Shown: in pieces, positions 1 through 19,336 of the stretch
Numbering within the stretch: position 1 is the first letter of the stretch
Layout of the letters: each line of letters opens with the position of its first letter
Origin: Perkinsus olseni
Taxonomy: Eukaryota
DNA length: 50,206 bases
Direction of reading: 5' to 3'
Assembly (NCBI GenBank): GCA_013115125.1
Contig: JABANN010000231.1
Coordinates: 1 to 50,206 of the forward strand
Made by a program: the position numbers and the translations under genes
The notes under the pieces: model-generated
What the model was told of the DNA's origin: nothing
Seen by the model: only the letters and a program-made list of their open reading frames with translations
Database searches by the model: none

Positions 1-441
1 CGCTCGGGTCGCGGTCTGTCCGCCTCTCTCTCACCCATTGTTTGGACAGTTCGTGATTTCGTTGCGGGTTTTGCTCGGGGCGATTCAGGATTGGTCAAAA
101 AACACCGCCTTGAGTATGCGCACTGCGAAGGATTCTTCTTGGTGTCTCTTATTCGTTGTAACTGTGCTAAGCTGGAAGGCTCCGATATTAGCTTTCTCTC
201 CACTCCTTCGGGTTCGGTCACCCAGCAAGCCTTGCTGCCTTCCCGCGAGCCCGCAGTATTCCGGAGAATCCACCCTAGTCTGAGTTACAGGGTGTGTGTC
301 AGTTTAAAGCCCAACGCCATCGCCGGCTTAGTGAGACCCGATGCCGATGTGCTACCAACTTGACGATGAGCTCTGTTATTGAGTTGCACGCCCGAACGCT
401 GCCACAACGAGCAGAAGGAACAGAGCATCCCATAATGGGAT

Positions 442-496
442 AGTGGACCCTGCCAGGAGGGAATGAGATTCCCATTCCCTCCTGGCAGGGTCCACT
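442..496. repeat. Perfect 24-bp inverted repeat (hairpin, 7-nt loop)
   Basis: AGTGGACCCTGCCAGGAGGGAATG (442-465) is the exact reverse complement of 473-496. Confidence 0.95.
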
Positions 497-1610
497 CTTC
501 ACCGCGGGGCCTACCGAGATACTTCCTCTACACAGGGCTATGGTCAGAGTGAGAAAAGATGCTCAAGCGCACTGCGAAGATTTTGATACGCCCAGGCTGT
601 CTTCATTCTCCCCGGTGGTCATCATCCCTGTGCCATGTAGTTGTTGCGGCGGTATATAAGGTGGCTCGAGCATGTGTCCATGCTCTACCCTCGGTTCCAG
701 ATTCAAACCCGATCTGACCTTCTCCTTTGGATTCTCATCGGGTTTGATTGTAGCAGGAATGAGTTCTGAAACGCGTACACCACCATTCCAGTACGATGCC
801 ATATAATGGCTATTGGATAGCCGTGGTTGGGCAGCTGCCCTTTCTGACACTCGGGAGGCTACGACTACCGCACGTGAAGAATCATCACTCCCTTCATTGA
901 TGCCCGCTCTGTCTTGTCTGTAAGGAAGCTGCACTACTTCTCGTACGAAGTACGCGTATCGGGAAACCCTGGCGTGGCTTGGAGGAACCGAATAGCTACA
1001 GGTCGGCGACGTGAGGTTAGTGGCTCGGAGGATGGGGTTAATCTGAGTTAGCTCACGTTACTTGAGAATCTTCAAGGAGGTTACGTAGCTTATGCACGTC
1101 TAACACGTCCTGAGAGATCCTGAGGAAGAGTCCTTGCCTGCACAAATCATCAAGAGGAGCCACGACTGCTCAGAGCAGCGGACGAAACCTATTATTCTTC
1201 TGGCCGTTCTTACTCGGGCAACCCAACACGAACGAGTCCTGCTCGAGTAGCTCGAAAGTCGTACTGAAGAGCACGACAAGAAATTGATGACCTCGAGTAT
1301 TCCAGCTCACTTGCGATACTTGATAACGGAGGAGGAAGCGAATCAGGGGTAGTCCTCGGTATGATAGAATGGTGAACCCACTAGAGGGTCAGCGGGACAT
1401 GGCATCTCCTTCGAGCAGCGTATGAGGGCAGGAATGACAACTCGAAAAGACTACCAGTAGGGCCACATGAAAATTCTCACAGACGCACGAAGAAGACGAG
1501 TAGGTTGTCTCCGTGGGTGTGAGGTTCCTCGAAGGAAAAATGATAATAACGCCGACGCAAGAAGGCCGAAAACTCTTCGACGCAGATCGTGAGGTTCGCG
1601 TCGTCGTCAG

Positions 1611-2471
1611 CTACTTGACTCTGGTAAGGGCCATACGACCACCTTCAAAAGGCACGTAGATCGTAACACCGGAGGCGAAGACCACGTTCCTGAAGTCAAC
1701 GCCCTTCAAACGTTTGCTGGGGCAAATAGACCTAACCCTTCGTCTGAGCTCATCCAAGGTCGTTCTACCAGCCGACTCGACATCGTAGAACCGATACGGT
1801 TTGCTAGTGCGAGCTAGCGCCAGTCCGAATAGGAAACGTCTGGTACTTCCTCTATCACAGGCAACCTCAATACCCACTGTCCCCTTGTAACGATTCTCCC
1901 CGGACCGGACGAGGAAGGACAGCTTGAGGTGGGGGGCCACAGGCTCAGTGTACTCTTACAAACCGGGCGATAGGTAGTTCGCCCTTCTCATCAGCTCAAG
2001 CGTCTCGCCTCGGAAGGTGGTGGTGATAGTGTCACCGCTGGTGTATCGGAAAGTGAGCAAGTCACCAGGCTGAATACCGGCAGGAGGGTCACCATCTTCG
2101 GAGTCGACATGGCCGGCGAGGTACAAACTCTCCGCGATGTCCTTGTACCATTGGCGACTGACGGGGGCAGGCATACCGACAGAATAGACACGGTCCGCCA
2201 TCTTAGTGAGAGGGAAGCGTCCAGCAAGAAGCACGGGATTGTAGTTGTTGGGGGTCCTCGCACGACTACCGGGCCCTCGCCTGGTGTAAGCATTGAAACT
2301 CAGGCCACTCACTGTCTTATCCTCATGGACCGTAGCGTAAAAATGGAAATCCTCCGGAAGTGGGCCGGGAAACGGATTAGGATGGTAGTGGAAGAACCCG
2401 CCGACGTCTTGAGCACTGGTGATGACCAAAGCTAGAGTACCGATGAAACAAGTTGGAACGAAGTGTACCAT
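1611..2471 (-). pseudogene. Lineage-specific secreted protein (~286 codons) interrupted by one in-frame TAA
   Basis: ORF 2471-1956 starts with a signal-peptide-like MVHFVPTCFIGTLALVITSAQ. ORF 1940-1611 is in the same frame, and the join reads ...NYLSPGL*EYTEPVAPHLKLSF... Confidence 0.6.
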
Positions 2472-5400
2472 TGTGAAAAGGAGTCCCTAAGAGAGCTGAT
2501 AGAGTCTGAAGACGACCCCGATGCAACGAAGGCTCTGAGCATCTTCTGGGGAGCACACTCAAGTAGCAGCAATGAACGGCGCCGTTCAGAACGGGCCTGC
2601 ACTGTACAGTGCGGCTATTTGAGACGGAGCTGAAAGAGAGGTAAGATTGGACTTGAGAGGAGCTAAGCAATAATGTCCACTTGCTATGCTAAGCTTAATG
2701 TAGCACTTATACTCATAGAAGGGCATAGTAAGGTCAGATGGTTATCTGAGACTACTGATACGCAGCAGCAGTGAAGGTAAGTGTAGCGATGATAGTCTAA
2801 CAACTGAGTAGTACTCAACCTGGCTGTAGCTGTTACATAGCACATACTATAGTCGTCAGTATGTTGTCACTGTAGTGCAGGTGTGACACTGCTGGTGACA
2901 CGTCGGAATGGCGGAGCAAAAGCTAGACGACAACGAGCCGTGACCCCAGTGTAGCATCTTCTGGCTGGAACGATCGTTCATCCGAAAATCACCGCTAAGA
3001 AGGCTTATGGTTCTGGAGTGCTTTCGGATCACGGCCACTGAGAGAACTCCCGAGATATCGTCTTTAAGGAACGTGTAACGCCAGGGAGCACCAGCAGCAC
3101 GCACGCACGTGACGCTGTAGCATCTAGTGACACGCTTGAACTTGGATAAACGAACACAAGACGGCCGTGTTGATCACCTATTGAGCCAACCGATACCACA
3201 GATACCCTCACCATTGATACAAAACTAGTATGCAATATTGGAGGAAATACTATCCAACAGAGAAAGATGAGTAGATCAGTACTAGCGGTGGCTGAAGGAA
3301 GGGGACACTCTGTGTCTAGCACATCCGACAGCAAACAGCAATTGGGCGACAGGGTTCGCCCTGATCCTTAGCCCGAAAAGGATGGCCCGGCCCTTTGGCG
3401 ATGGCCCGGCCAAAGGACAAACCCTGTTGGGCGATACCAGTGATCGGTGAACTGCTCTTCAGCTCAATTGTGAGAGAAGAAAAGGCAAAATAGGAGCTTC
3501 CAGAGATCTCCATCTACCCGTGCCGCACACCCTTGATGGCTTTGAAGACCTCTTGGTCGATGCATCAGGGAATACACCCAAACCGTAACCGTGGGGAGTT
3601 CGACAAGGGCCACCATTCGGTGGCTATTGCGTGCCCCTATTGACTCCAAACCAAAGGCTTCTTCAAGGCGCAGGAAGCCCCTCAACGTGTGCGTGCAACT
3701 GTGTAGAGAGCATGGGTGGCCCTGATGACAGTGCCCTTAATTAAGGGACCCTTGACGGAAGTGGCCACTTGAGTGGACACTCAGCCCTAAGTGACGTTTC
3801 ACATTGAGTTTAGGGCACTTAGGGCCAAGTGCTTTTCACATGAGTCAAACCGTCACTAAGTGGCGGCTAAAAGATCCGTCACTTGAGCGAATTCACAAGG
3901 GAGCTCTGGACCTCCCCTTCATCGCGGCGTGTGTTCGCACACGAGGTGACTAGCACGCCACGGGAGCGCGCCCCCACATCTTTTGCGCCGTTTCATCACT
4001 CGTTGTCGCAGCATGATGTAGACGGCTGCAGCTCTCTACCATTGTTTGTTTTTCGCACCCGCCCACACCGCCCTGGCCTCTATAGGCTCCCTCTACGGTT
4101 GTGCTCCTACCACATTTCCACCATCTCTCGACACCGTGCCCAGGGCCTGCGCCATGGCGGTTGTATCGGCTGTCTCTGCTAGCCTTGTATGCCAAGCCCA
4201 GGTCCGTGCGTCCGACTGAGACTATTCAGCAATCAATCGCTAGACTTCCCCCACGCTCCCAGCGTACGGGCTGAAGGTTTTCCCATGTATAATTACACTG
4301 TGTCGTGTTGGCGCCGCTCCAGTGGGGAATCTGTTAGTGCTCCTGGAAGTGTGACACTCAACTCAAAATGCCGAGCCTGCGGATCGATCCTCGGCAGGTT
4401 TTCGACAGTGGGATAACGGCCAGCTGCTCCCCCGTCGCACCAAAGATGCGGAAGCAGCCGCCAAGCAAAAACACTCGAGATCCGACAACTCTAGGCGGCG
4501 GAAAGCTAGTCGCGTGGGAGTCGATCCCGGTTTCTGATTCTCTCCAAGTCCAATATTCCGCGGAGAAATGAATCATGTAGGATCTGAACCTGCGTCGAAA
4601 AGGGACCCCTTAGGGACCACTTGACGTGAGTGGCCCCTAAACTAACCGTCCCTAAGTGTCCGATTCATCTGAAAGGCCCTTAGCAATAAGTGTCACTTTG
4701 GTAAACCCGACCCTAAGTGTTAGTGGTAGTGACAGTTCAGTGGCGGCCCCGATGTGGGACACGCCCCAGATGCGCCGCATCGAACTCTTGCTGGTCTTCA
4801 CAGCTCACCGCATTATTCGCGTTGAAATGGACTTGACGGGCCTCACGGAAGTGCCATAACTGCCGCATGTCTCCGGGGAACTCTTCTCAACTGATGGAAC
4901 CCTCGTAATCTAGGGGCTGAGGAGTTCGCTTGGAAGACTTTCCTAGCATCAAAGGGCCCACACTAGTTATGGTCTGTGGACGTCTGCGGGTTCGGCTGCT
5001 CTAAACTGGGTAAATGTGCTCTAGGAAACAGAGAGATTCTCTGGCGTTGTTTCACCGTGTATCGTCGAGCGGAAGTCCGGGTTATGGCGGCCTTGTCGCG
5101 CACCTGTGACATGCACGTAGGCCAGTAACGATTAAATCTCTGAGTTACGCAGTTGTACGGCCGTGGCCAGCGTCCCAGCAGCCTGTCTAAATACTATCTT
5201 TGCGTTTACTGTGGTATGGATCCATGCATTCTTCGTAAACTCTCAAATGGCTGTTGGAAAAGTTGGCCCTCTGCGGCAGCAAGTTGATGCCGTGATTTAG
5301 TTTCACTGGATCGACACTAGGCTGGGTTTAAGTGGCTACAAGTTGTCCTTCCTCGGTGCTCGGGTTTGAGCTACTTTAGTCTGGCAGATCCTGAGCTTGT

Positions 5401-6094
5401 CTGCTGGACTCCGTACCTTAGTCTCTCGCGGGCAATCACCATCATCGGTAGCAGGGACTAAGCATGCATATTTATTGGCATCGGATCTCTACATTCATGA
5501 TTCAGATCTTAGCTGACCTAGTACTGACCTAGTACTCTACGTCATTTCACACCAAATGACCCAATCGAAATTGGGTAATGCTTGTGCGTGTCCTTGAGCT
5601 CGGGGGCGGGGCGACGGCTTCCCTCGTCTGGACGTAAGGAGCGTCTGGGAGGGACACACCGAAAGGGGGGTAAGATACACTAAGCTCGTTCGTGGGGGCT
5701 GAGTCAGTGGGCCGTGATAGCACACTGCCTTTTCATGCATACTTCTGCCCGTTCTATAAGAGTTGGTATGAGTAATCTAGAGATGTCCCCATGGGAAGAA
5801 AGGACTGCAAGTAGTCCTTGGGCGATGTGGTCACAATGCAGCAACGAGCATGAGAGAGATTGGAGGATATGCAGCATGAAGGGGACTGTTCCTTAGAGGC
5901 GATACATTGGTATTTTACAGAAAAGGCGGAGCGATACAGCCAGTGCATTTTCGTGAGAATATTTCATCGCCTTTTCATCATTCTAGTGAATTCATGACAA
6001 TTTGCCCGTGTGATACCACCCCTCCACCAAATCGTGTGTCGAGTTGTTCAATCACCTTTCTGCCGCTGCTGCATGCAGTGGTATCACCTTGGTC

Positions 6095-9000
6095 ATGTCC
6101 GCCGAGCCCATGGAGATAGACGACACCCCAGAGGGATCTAGTGGGGTCTTCCTCCCCCCTGTTAATGAGCTGCCCTGGGTCGAGAAGTAACGAGGTTGAG
6201 GGCGTCGGTCGATGATGACGATGGTCTTGGCAGGTATCGTCCGAAGAGTTTAGAAGATCTGGTGGCACATGAGGAGATCATCGAAACTATTAAACGCTTC
6301 GTGGGCATGGTAGTGGGGAATGGCCTGTGCGAATTGGGGGAAAGTTGGTATTAAATTACTGTGCCGCTGTTCCTACAGACTTGTTATGCTCCGGCACTTT
6401 ACACGTCAGAAAAGACGGAAAAATATAAATATATGAAGAAAATTAGAAACAGTTTATTGAGGACGGAAAGTTGCGGGAGAGTATTGACGCATTTTTACCG
6501 AAAATTATGGTATGGATGATGAGAATTAAATCACTCTGAGTCGGTTAGTTTGTCATGATGGTCTGGGCAGTGCTGGTGTCATTCTTTTTTAATGACAACT
6601 GCTCCGATTTTCCGTAAAAATGATGGCGCAGGTTGGATGAAGTTCGCTTTCACTGGTTGGTATCGTGCTGGTAGCATAAAATTCCCGCGCGCCTCGAAAT
6701 TTTCTACTCATCAGCAAGCGTATTTCAGAACGCCCTACCACACCTTCTCCTCCACGGCCCACCAGGGACGGGCAAAACTTCAACCATTCTCGCCTGCGCG
6801 AAGCAGATGTGGGTTCTCGCTCATCTTGCTGTTGGTGATGCGCCCCTCACCGTAGGTATCCGGAAGGGCAGGTCCGTCAGTACGTATTGGAGTTGAACGC
6901 CTCCGACGCGAGAGGCATCGATGTCGTCCGGGAGTGTATCAAGCAGTTCGTGAGCTCGAGGAGCATGTTCAGCGGCTCTCTTGGTACTAGTCGCAGGACC
7001 ACTAGTTGTAGTAGCACTCGTAGGTCGACAGGTTCAAAGATGCCAAAGTTGGTCATCCTTGACGAGGCAGATAATATGACCAGCGTCTCACAGTTTGCAC
7101 TGCGGAGGGTCATCGAACAGTGAGTGGGTCTTCCCTCGGTTGTGTTTCTTTATTAACACTCACCGCGATGAAGTTTGAATTGAGAAGAGAAGAGAAGAGA
7201 AGAGAAGTGTATGCGCGATCTGATTGCGTGGATGATAATGATCGTCGTGAATAGCGATGATGTTGAGCGCCCTTCGAGTATGATTCCGATGGTTTTGAAG
7301 CTCCTTCTGGGAGAAGCATAATTTACAAGGGCGAAGTCAAATCTATCGAGTGCGGAGCGGCTGCAATGATCGCTGATAGTTGATAGTATCCGAGGTCGAC
7401 CCGTGGAAGATACGGATTATCTAGTGTTATTGACTTTGAAAGTATTGTTATTAGATACTCCTCCAACGCCCGCTTCTGCCTGATATGCAACTACTCCTCC
7501 AAGATCATACCTGCCCTCCAATCACGCTGTACTAAGTTCAGATTCGCCCCCCTTAAGGACTCTGAGGCGAAGGCGAGGGTGGAGTACGTCGCCCGGTAGT
7601 AGTGGTGGCGCTAGGGTTCATGGGCGCTGAAATTGGATCTGTTTCTGGACCTTCTATCACGATGTGCATAGATGCGGTAACTGCAGTAATTTCATCGCTG
7701 TTTTTCTGTCATTTTTTGGACTCTTTTTCGCCATTTTTTGCGGTTTTTCGCATTCGTGCAGTACAAACTGTACTATGGAGTCGTACCGCTCATAGCCGTA
7801 TTTTTGACTATTCGGACGTTCCCCGATCGTCGGCCGGGTGGATGTCTACTCGTCAGCTGCGAAGGCGTGAGGATTTCCGAGGACGGCATGTCGGCGTTGT
7901 TGAAGACAGGAGAGGGGGACATGCGTAAAGTCCTCAACACCCTGCAAAGCTGCGCGATGAGTTACCCCGGGCAAACGGTGGATGCTCGGGTCATCCATAA
8001 GGTCGCTGGACTACCGCAGCCAGCCAGTATCGATCGCTTGGAAACGGTAGGGGCGAAGATTCGCCAAAAATATCATTTGCCGTGCGCAGGCTCTCTGTAA
8101 TTTACCGGTGAAAGAGTGTATAGAGGCTGTAGAGGATCTTCGGGTTAAGCAAGTAAGATACGGAACGGGTTGGAGCTACTGTAGTAGATCGACGAAGTGA
8201 TACGATTATTGGATTTTGTTATGGGCAGCGGGTGGTTATTTTCTGTAATATGATCGCAGGGCCGATTAGCTGAGCTTCAGAATTACTTGCTTTACTTCGC
8301 GCGTGGGTGACAGGTACCAGTAGTATAATTCTTAATAGGTTATAATAACTAAAAACAAGGACTAGTGGATAGTTATTATCAGAGGCTTCTCATGTGTACT
8401 TCTATTCCGATATCAGACTGGAGGCTACGTGCTGTTGTGGACAGGGTGTTGCAGAGTGAATGACGTAATTTATGATCCCTGATCGTCTGCGTCGAGGACT
8501 TTCAGTTCCTGATGCTGCTTATTCTCATTCTCTAGTCCACCGTTCTCTTCAAGACACGTTCGTGAGGGTTTTGTATTTTCGTATGTTCTCTCCAACACGA
8601 CTCCACGCGATCAAAAATTTCAAATGACGTTGCCAACCTTTTAATAAAATTTTAATGATATTACGATATTTCGGTGAAATACCGTAATTTTGTTTATTCT
8701 TTTCTTTCAGGGTTACTCCGTGACGGATCTGCTGCATGAGATCCACGATCGTATGGTCAAGGTTAACATGCCGCCGAGGGCCCGCAACCTTCTCTTCAGA
8801 GATCTCGCCGAGATCGAGTGAGTCGCGAGTCGCTGCATATTTGCTAGCTTGGAAGTTTCGATGTCATGAACGATCTATGGTACAGGAAATATTGGAAAAA
8901 TTCAGAAAATTTTCAGTAGCTTCTGATGTGAGACTGGGTGTTGTGGATTTGATAATTTTGGTGAATTTCTGGAAGCTTTTTGAAACTGCTTGAGTGAACT

Positions 9001-9235
9001 CTTGGACATCTCTTTGGTGGAGGAGAGGGAAGAGGAAAATATAAAATCTTATCGGAAAATCGTTCACAAGAGATTTTTTTAATGTTTTTCTGATTTTTTT
9101 TCGCGTTCGTGTTTGTCCTGACAGCGTGGTCTTGTCAGATACAGATTAGCTTCGGGATGCAGCGAGAAAACTCAGGGGGCGGCCTTGGTCGGGTCCTTTC
9201 ATGAAGTCCGGGAGATGATGACTACTGGCAAGTAA
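6095..9235 (+). CDS. RFC3: Replication factor C small subunit (yeast Rfc3 / human RFC5 type), multi-exon
   Basis: Exons approx. 6095-6186, 6234-6309, 6729-6808, 6856-7119, 7455-7595, 7857-8046, 8090-8152, 8711-8817, 9139-9235, all GT-AG and phase-consistent. Motifs: [52 protein letters not shown]. Confidence 0.95.
7182..7206. repeat. (GAGAA)5 microsatellite in an RFC intron
   Basis: Five exact GAGAA units. Confidence 0.9.
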
Positions 9236-9830
9236 AAAGGTTTGAATTACTCTGCATTTTCAACTCTTTTACGCCCGGCGTTTCGTTCGACCATCAATGA
9301 AGGGCGGCGGAGCAATTCTCTACAACTTTCTCTTCGTACGTGCTGTCGACGGATAATCGTCCTCTTGAAAAGTATTAATTCATCCGACTAGTGTGGTGGT
9401 TGATGATGTTACTGGTGGGATAAATTCGACCTACTGACGGTAAGGGTTCGCTTCCTGCTTTCAGTGCATCGAGTGTGATGTCGTGTGCTGTTCGTCTTGG
9501 CGACACTCAACCTATTGCGTATCTTGCATGCTTAACCTAAGATTCCAACAATTCACGTTAACTCTTAACACAGCTCCTCGAGATGGATCTCCACTTGAGT
9601 TCAACAACAGCTTATCGACAGGAATGGTACAATCTTTGACTCTAATGACAAGAACAATAACAGCGACGTGAGACGAGACCGTCGATTGTGTAAAGACCGT
9701 CGATGATAGCACAAAAGATATCCTTCTCCTGAGGCGAAGGTGCAGGACTTCATGTCAGCCGCAAACTCTTCCGTAAATCGTCAAAAACGGACTGTTTCCT
9801 ACCGCCTGACGAAACAACTTTACGCGCCTT

Positions 9831-10820
9831 TTAATGGGCACCATCACTTCGAGACACGGAATTTTTCCGTCCATTTTTTCCCTTTTTCTCAGCTTCAATT
9901 TTCGCCCGTCTTCTTTTCTCCATCAGTTGTTCAACAGTCGGCAGAGTTGCTAGCTCGGGAGCCTCCTGAGTATCCAAGGTTAGAGCGTGCATTTCACGAA
10001 TCTCTACCTTCCCCCTTTTCCGTCGCCAAAGTCCTTTTAATCCTGAATAGTACTCTTCTCGAATTTCTTCCTGTTGACGTGCCAACTGAAAAAAAGGTTC
10101 GTCGCCGGGGATTCAATTATAATGCAACTGGAGCTGCTAATCACAACCCGTGTAAGTCGTTAGTTTCCGTGTGTAAGTTTGAAGCCCAACGCCGACAAGA
10201 CGACTTAGTTAGGCTAGCACTGATGCATCTTTCCGCGGGGAAGGCCTGCTGAGTAGGCCCTGGTCATCAAGCCAGGGAATGTTTCTCTCAGAGCGAGGGC
10301 ATCGTCAGTCGCGACAGAATCCGTCAGTTTGTTCTCACAATTCGAAACAGAACAAAAACTTTACTCAACTTCTAATATGTCACTTCTCGTCTTTTCGTTT
10401 GCACAACATTCCATAATTTTTTCTGTCGACAAACAGCAATCGTCGACGAAAACTTTCTTCGACGAGAGCTCGGCCGGATGACTCAGTACTGGTCAGGTCA
10501 TCCACATGGCGCTGTCGGCAACCATTTCGTGACCACGGGCGCGCGATCCCACCCGCTTTCTTGAATTTGTTCTCAATTTTTCGCTGTTGCACAACACCTT
10601 ACTTGATCTTGGAACGCTCGCCGGGCCTGCTCATCATCCTTCATTCTTTCTATCCTCTCCTGTTCTTCGACCGCCGCAGCCCTGGGAAAGCCTTTAACGA
10701 AGTGGGGTCTCCGACTTGCTAGGCCGACCTTTGGTTCGCTTGGACTTTTTTAGTTTCTTTTTCTTTTCGTTTTTTCTCAGTTTTCTTCGTTTTTTTCTTT
10801 TCTCTTCTCTCCCGCGCTAT
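9831..10820 (-). CDS. Hypothetical charged/coiled-coil protein, multi-exon (5' exon probably near 11030-11100)
   Basis: Phase-consistent exons read IARERREKKKTKK..ANQR|AAAVEEQERIERMKDDEQARRAFQDQ|, then RHVDDLTSTESSGRALVEESFRRR and the terminal ORF ARQQEEIREEYYSGL..; no recognisable domain. Confidence 0.55.
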
Positions 10821-11365
10821 CTGTGACAGTGAGAGTTAGTAGACGAGAGATGAGTAAATTTTTGTTAACCGTACCACAATTTTCGCAAAGAAACTGCCGA
10901 ACGCCGGAAACTACAACAGATTACCCCGAAAATTCGAAGAGAAAAAGATACGAAAACCGTCAGCGCACCGCGAAAGTTAAAAGATGCGTCCCCTTTCAAG
11001 CACGTCAGATACAGAAAAACTCACATCCTCTCCGGTAATCCAATCGATCACCCCTTGGACGTACGAGGAGGCCTGAACTGTCACTTGGACGATCATCACC
11101 CTCAAATCGTTTATTTCACCGTCGATAGCATCCCCTCGTTATTGCCGTTGCCCGATTTTTGACCAGTATCTTTGTTGGCAGGGAAAGTGTCGTTGTAGAG
11201 CTGTTGTAGTTTGTCCATGCTAAGCTACTTCCTTCAACTGTTTTTCCCCTTCGAGGTAAGGGGACACCGCGAGAGTGCACAGAAGCAACAGAAAGCATTG
11301 ACAACTCGAGACGGGGCGTTTCCGGATAGTTTTCCGCAAAGTTCATAGGTCAACCTAAGATTCTT

Positions 11366-18690
<7,325 letters not shown>

Positions 18691-18909
18691 TCGGAAAAGA
18701 AGAAAGGGACAAGTAGCTGTGCTGTGGTGAAGGACCGCTTCTTGCGCCAAGGATATCGCGGAAATGTGGTATTGCTATTTAATAGTTTTTTCGACATCAT
18801 GAGCGACCCTCCAGGAAATCTCCCGCGAGTTTAAATAGCAAATACAGAATTCAAGTCGCGTCCTAAACCAGATTGAAGCGAATTAAATATTCACCCACAT
18901 CGATGCTGG

Positions 18910-19020
18910 AAGATACGCAATCGGGTTAACCTAAGATACGCGTTCGGGTTAACCTGAGATACGCGTTCGGGTTAACCTAAGATACGCGATCGGGTTAACC
19001 TAAGATACGCGTTCGGGTTA
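18910..19020. repeat. 23-bp tandem array TCGGGTTAACCTAAGATACGCGT x ~4.8
   Basis: Units start at 18921, 18944, 18967, 18990 and 19013 (partial). There are no spacers. Confidence 0.95.
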
Positions 19021-19199
19021 TGATGCTCGACGTGAAAACGCGCGAAGGAAAAATTGGAAAAACCCCATGATCACAAAAAATACTAAAAAATGGAATTTCG
19101 GTTGAACACAAGTTGCTTCCGTCCATCGGCGATACCGCATTTTCCCAGAATCATAAAAAATAGACACCTGAGAGATCGCCAATAATTTTATCATAAAAA

Positions 19200-19243
19200 A
19201 ATCCTGCCCGGGATCGAACCCGCGTCGAACTCAAGGCGCTCAC
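19200..19243 (-). other. tRNA T-arm/B-box-like fragment in an intron-like segment (19243-19168)
   Basis: Minus strand reads GTGAGC...GCGGG TTCGATC CCGGG CAGGATTTTTTT...CTCTCAG. Confidence 0.55.
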
Positions 19244-19336
19244 ATCACCAAGAAACTTCATTATCACGTGAAAAGTTAATATAAAACGCGCTTCGCTCCG
19301 CTCAAAATTACACAAATTTTTCACAACAATAACGTA

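Noticed and set aside
563-934. 123-aa minus-strand ORF as a gene
   Set aside because: Non-ATG start, no domain and no clear exon structure.
3721-3762. Hammerhead ribozyme core (CTGATGA plus stem; also at 43024)
   Set aside because: The required GAAA after stem II and a stem III/cleavage triplet are absent.
18910-19020. CRISPR-like array
   Set aside because: Units are contiguous with no unique spacers, and the context is eukaryotic with no cas genes.
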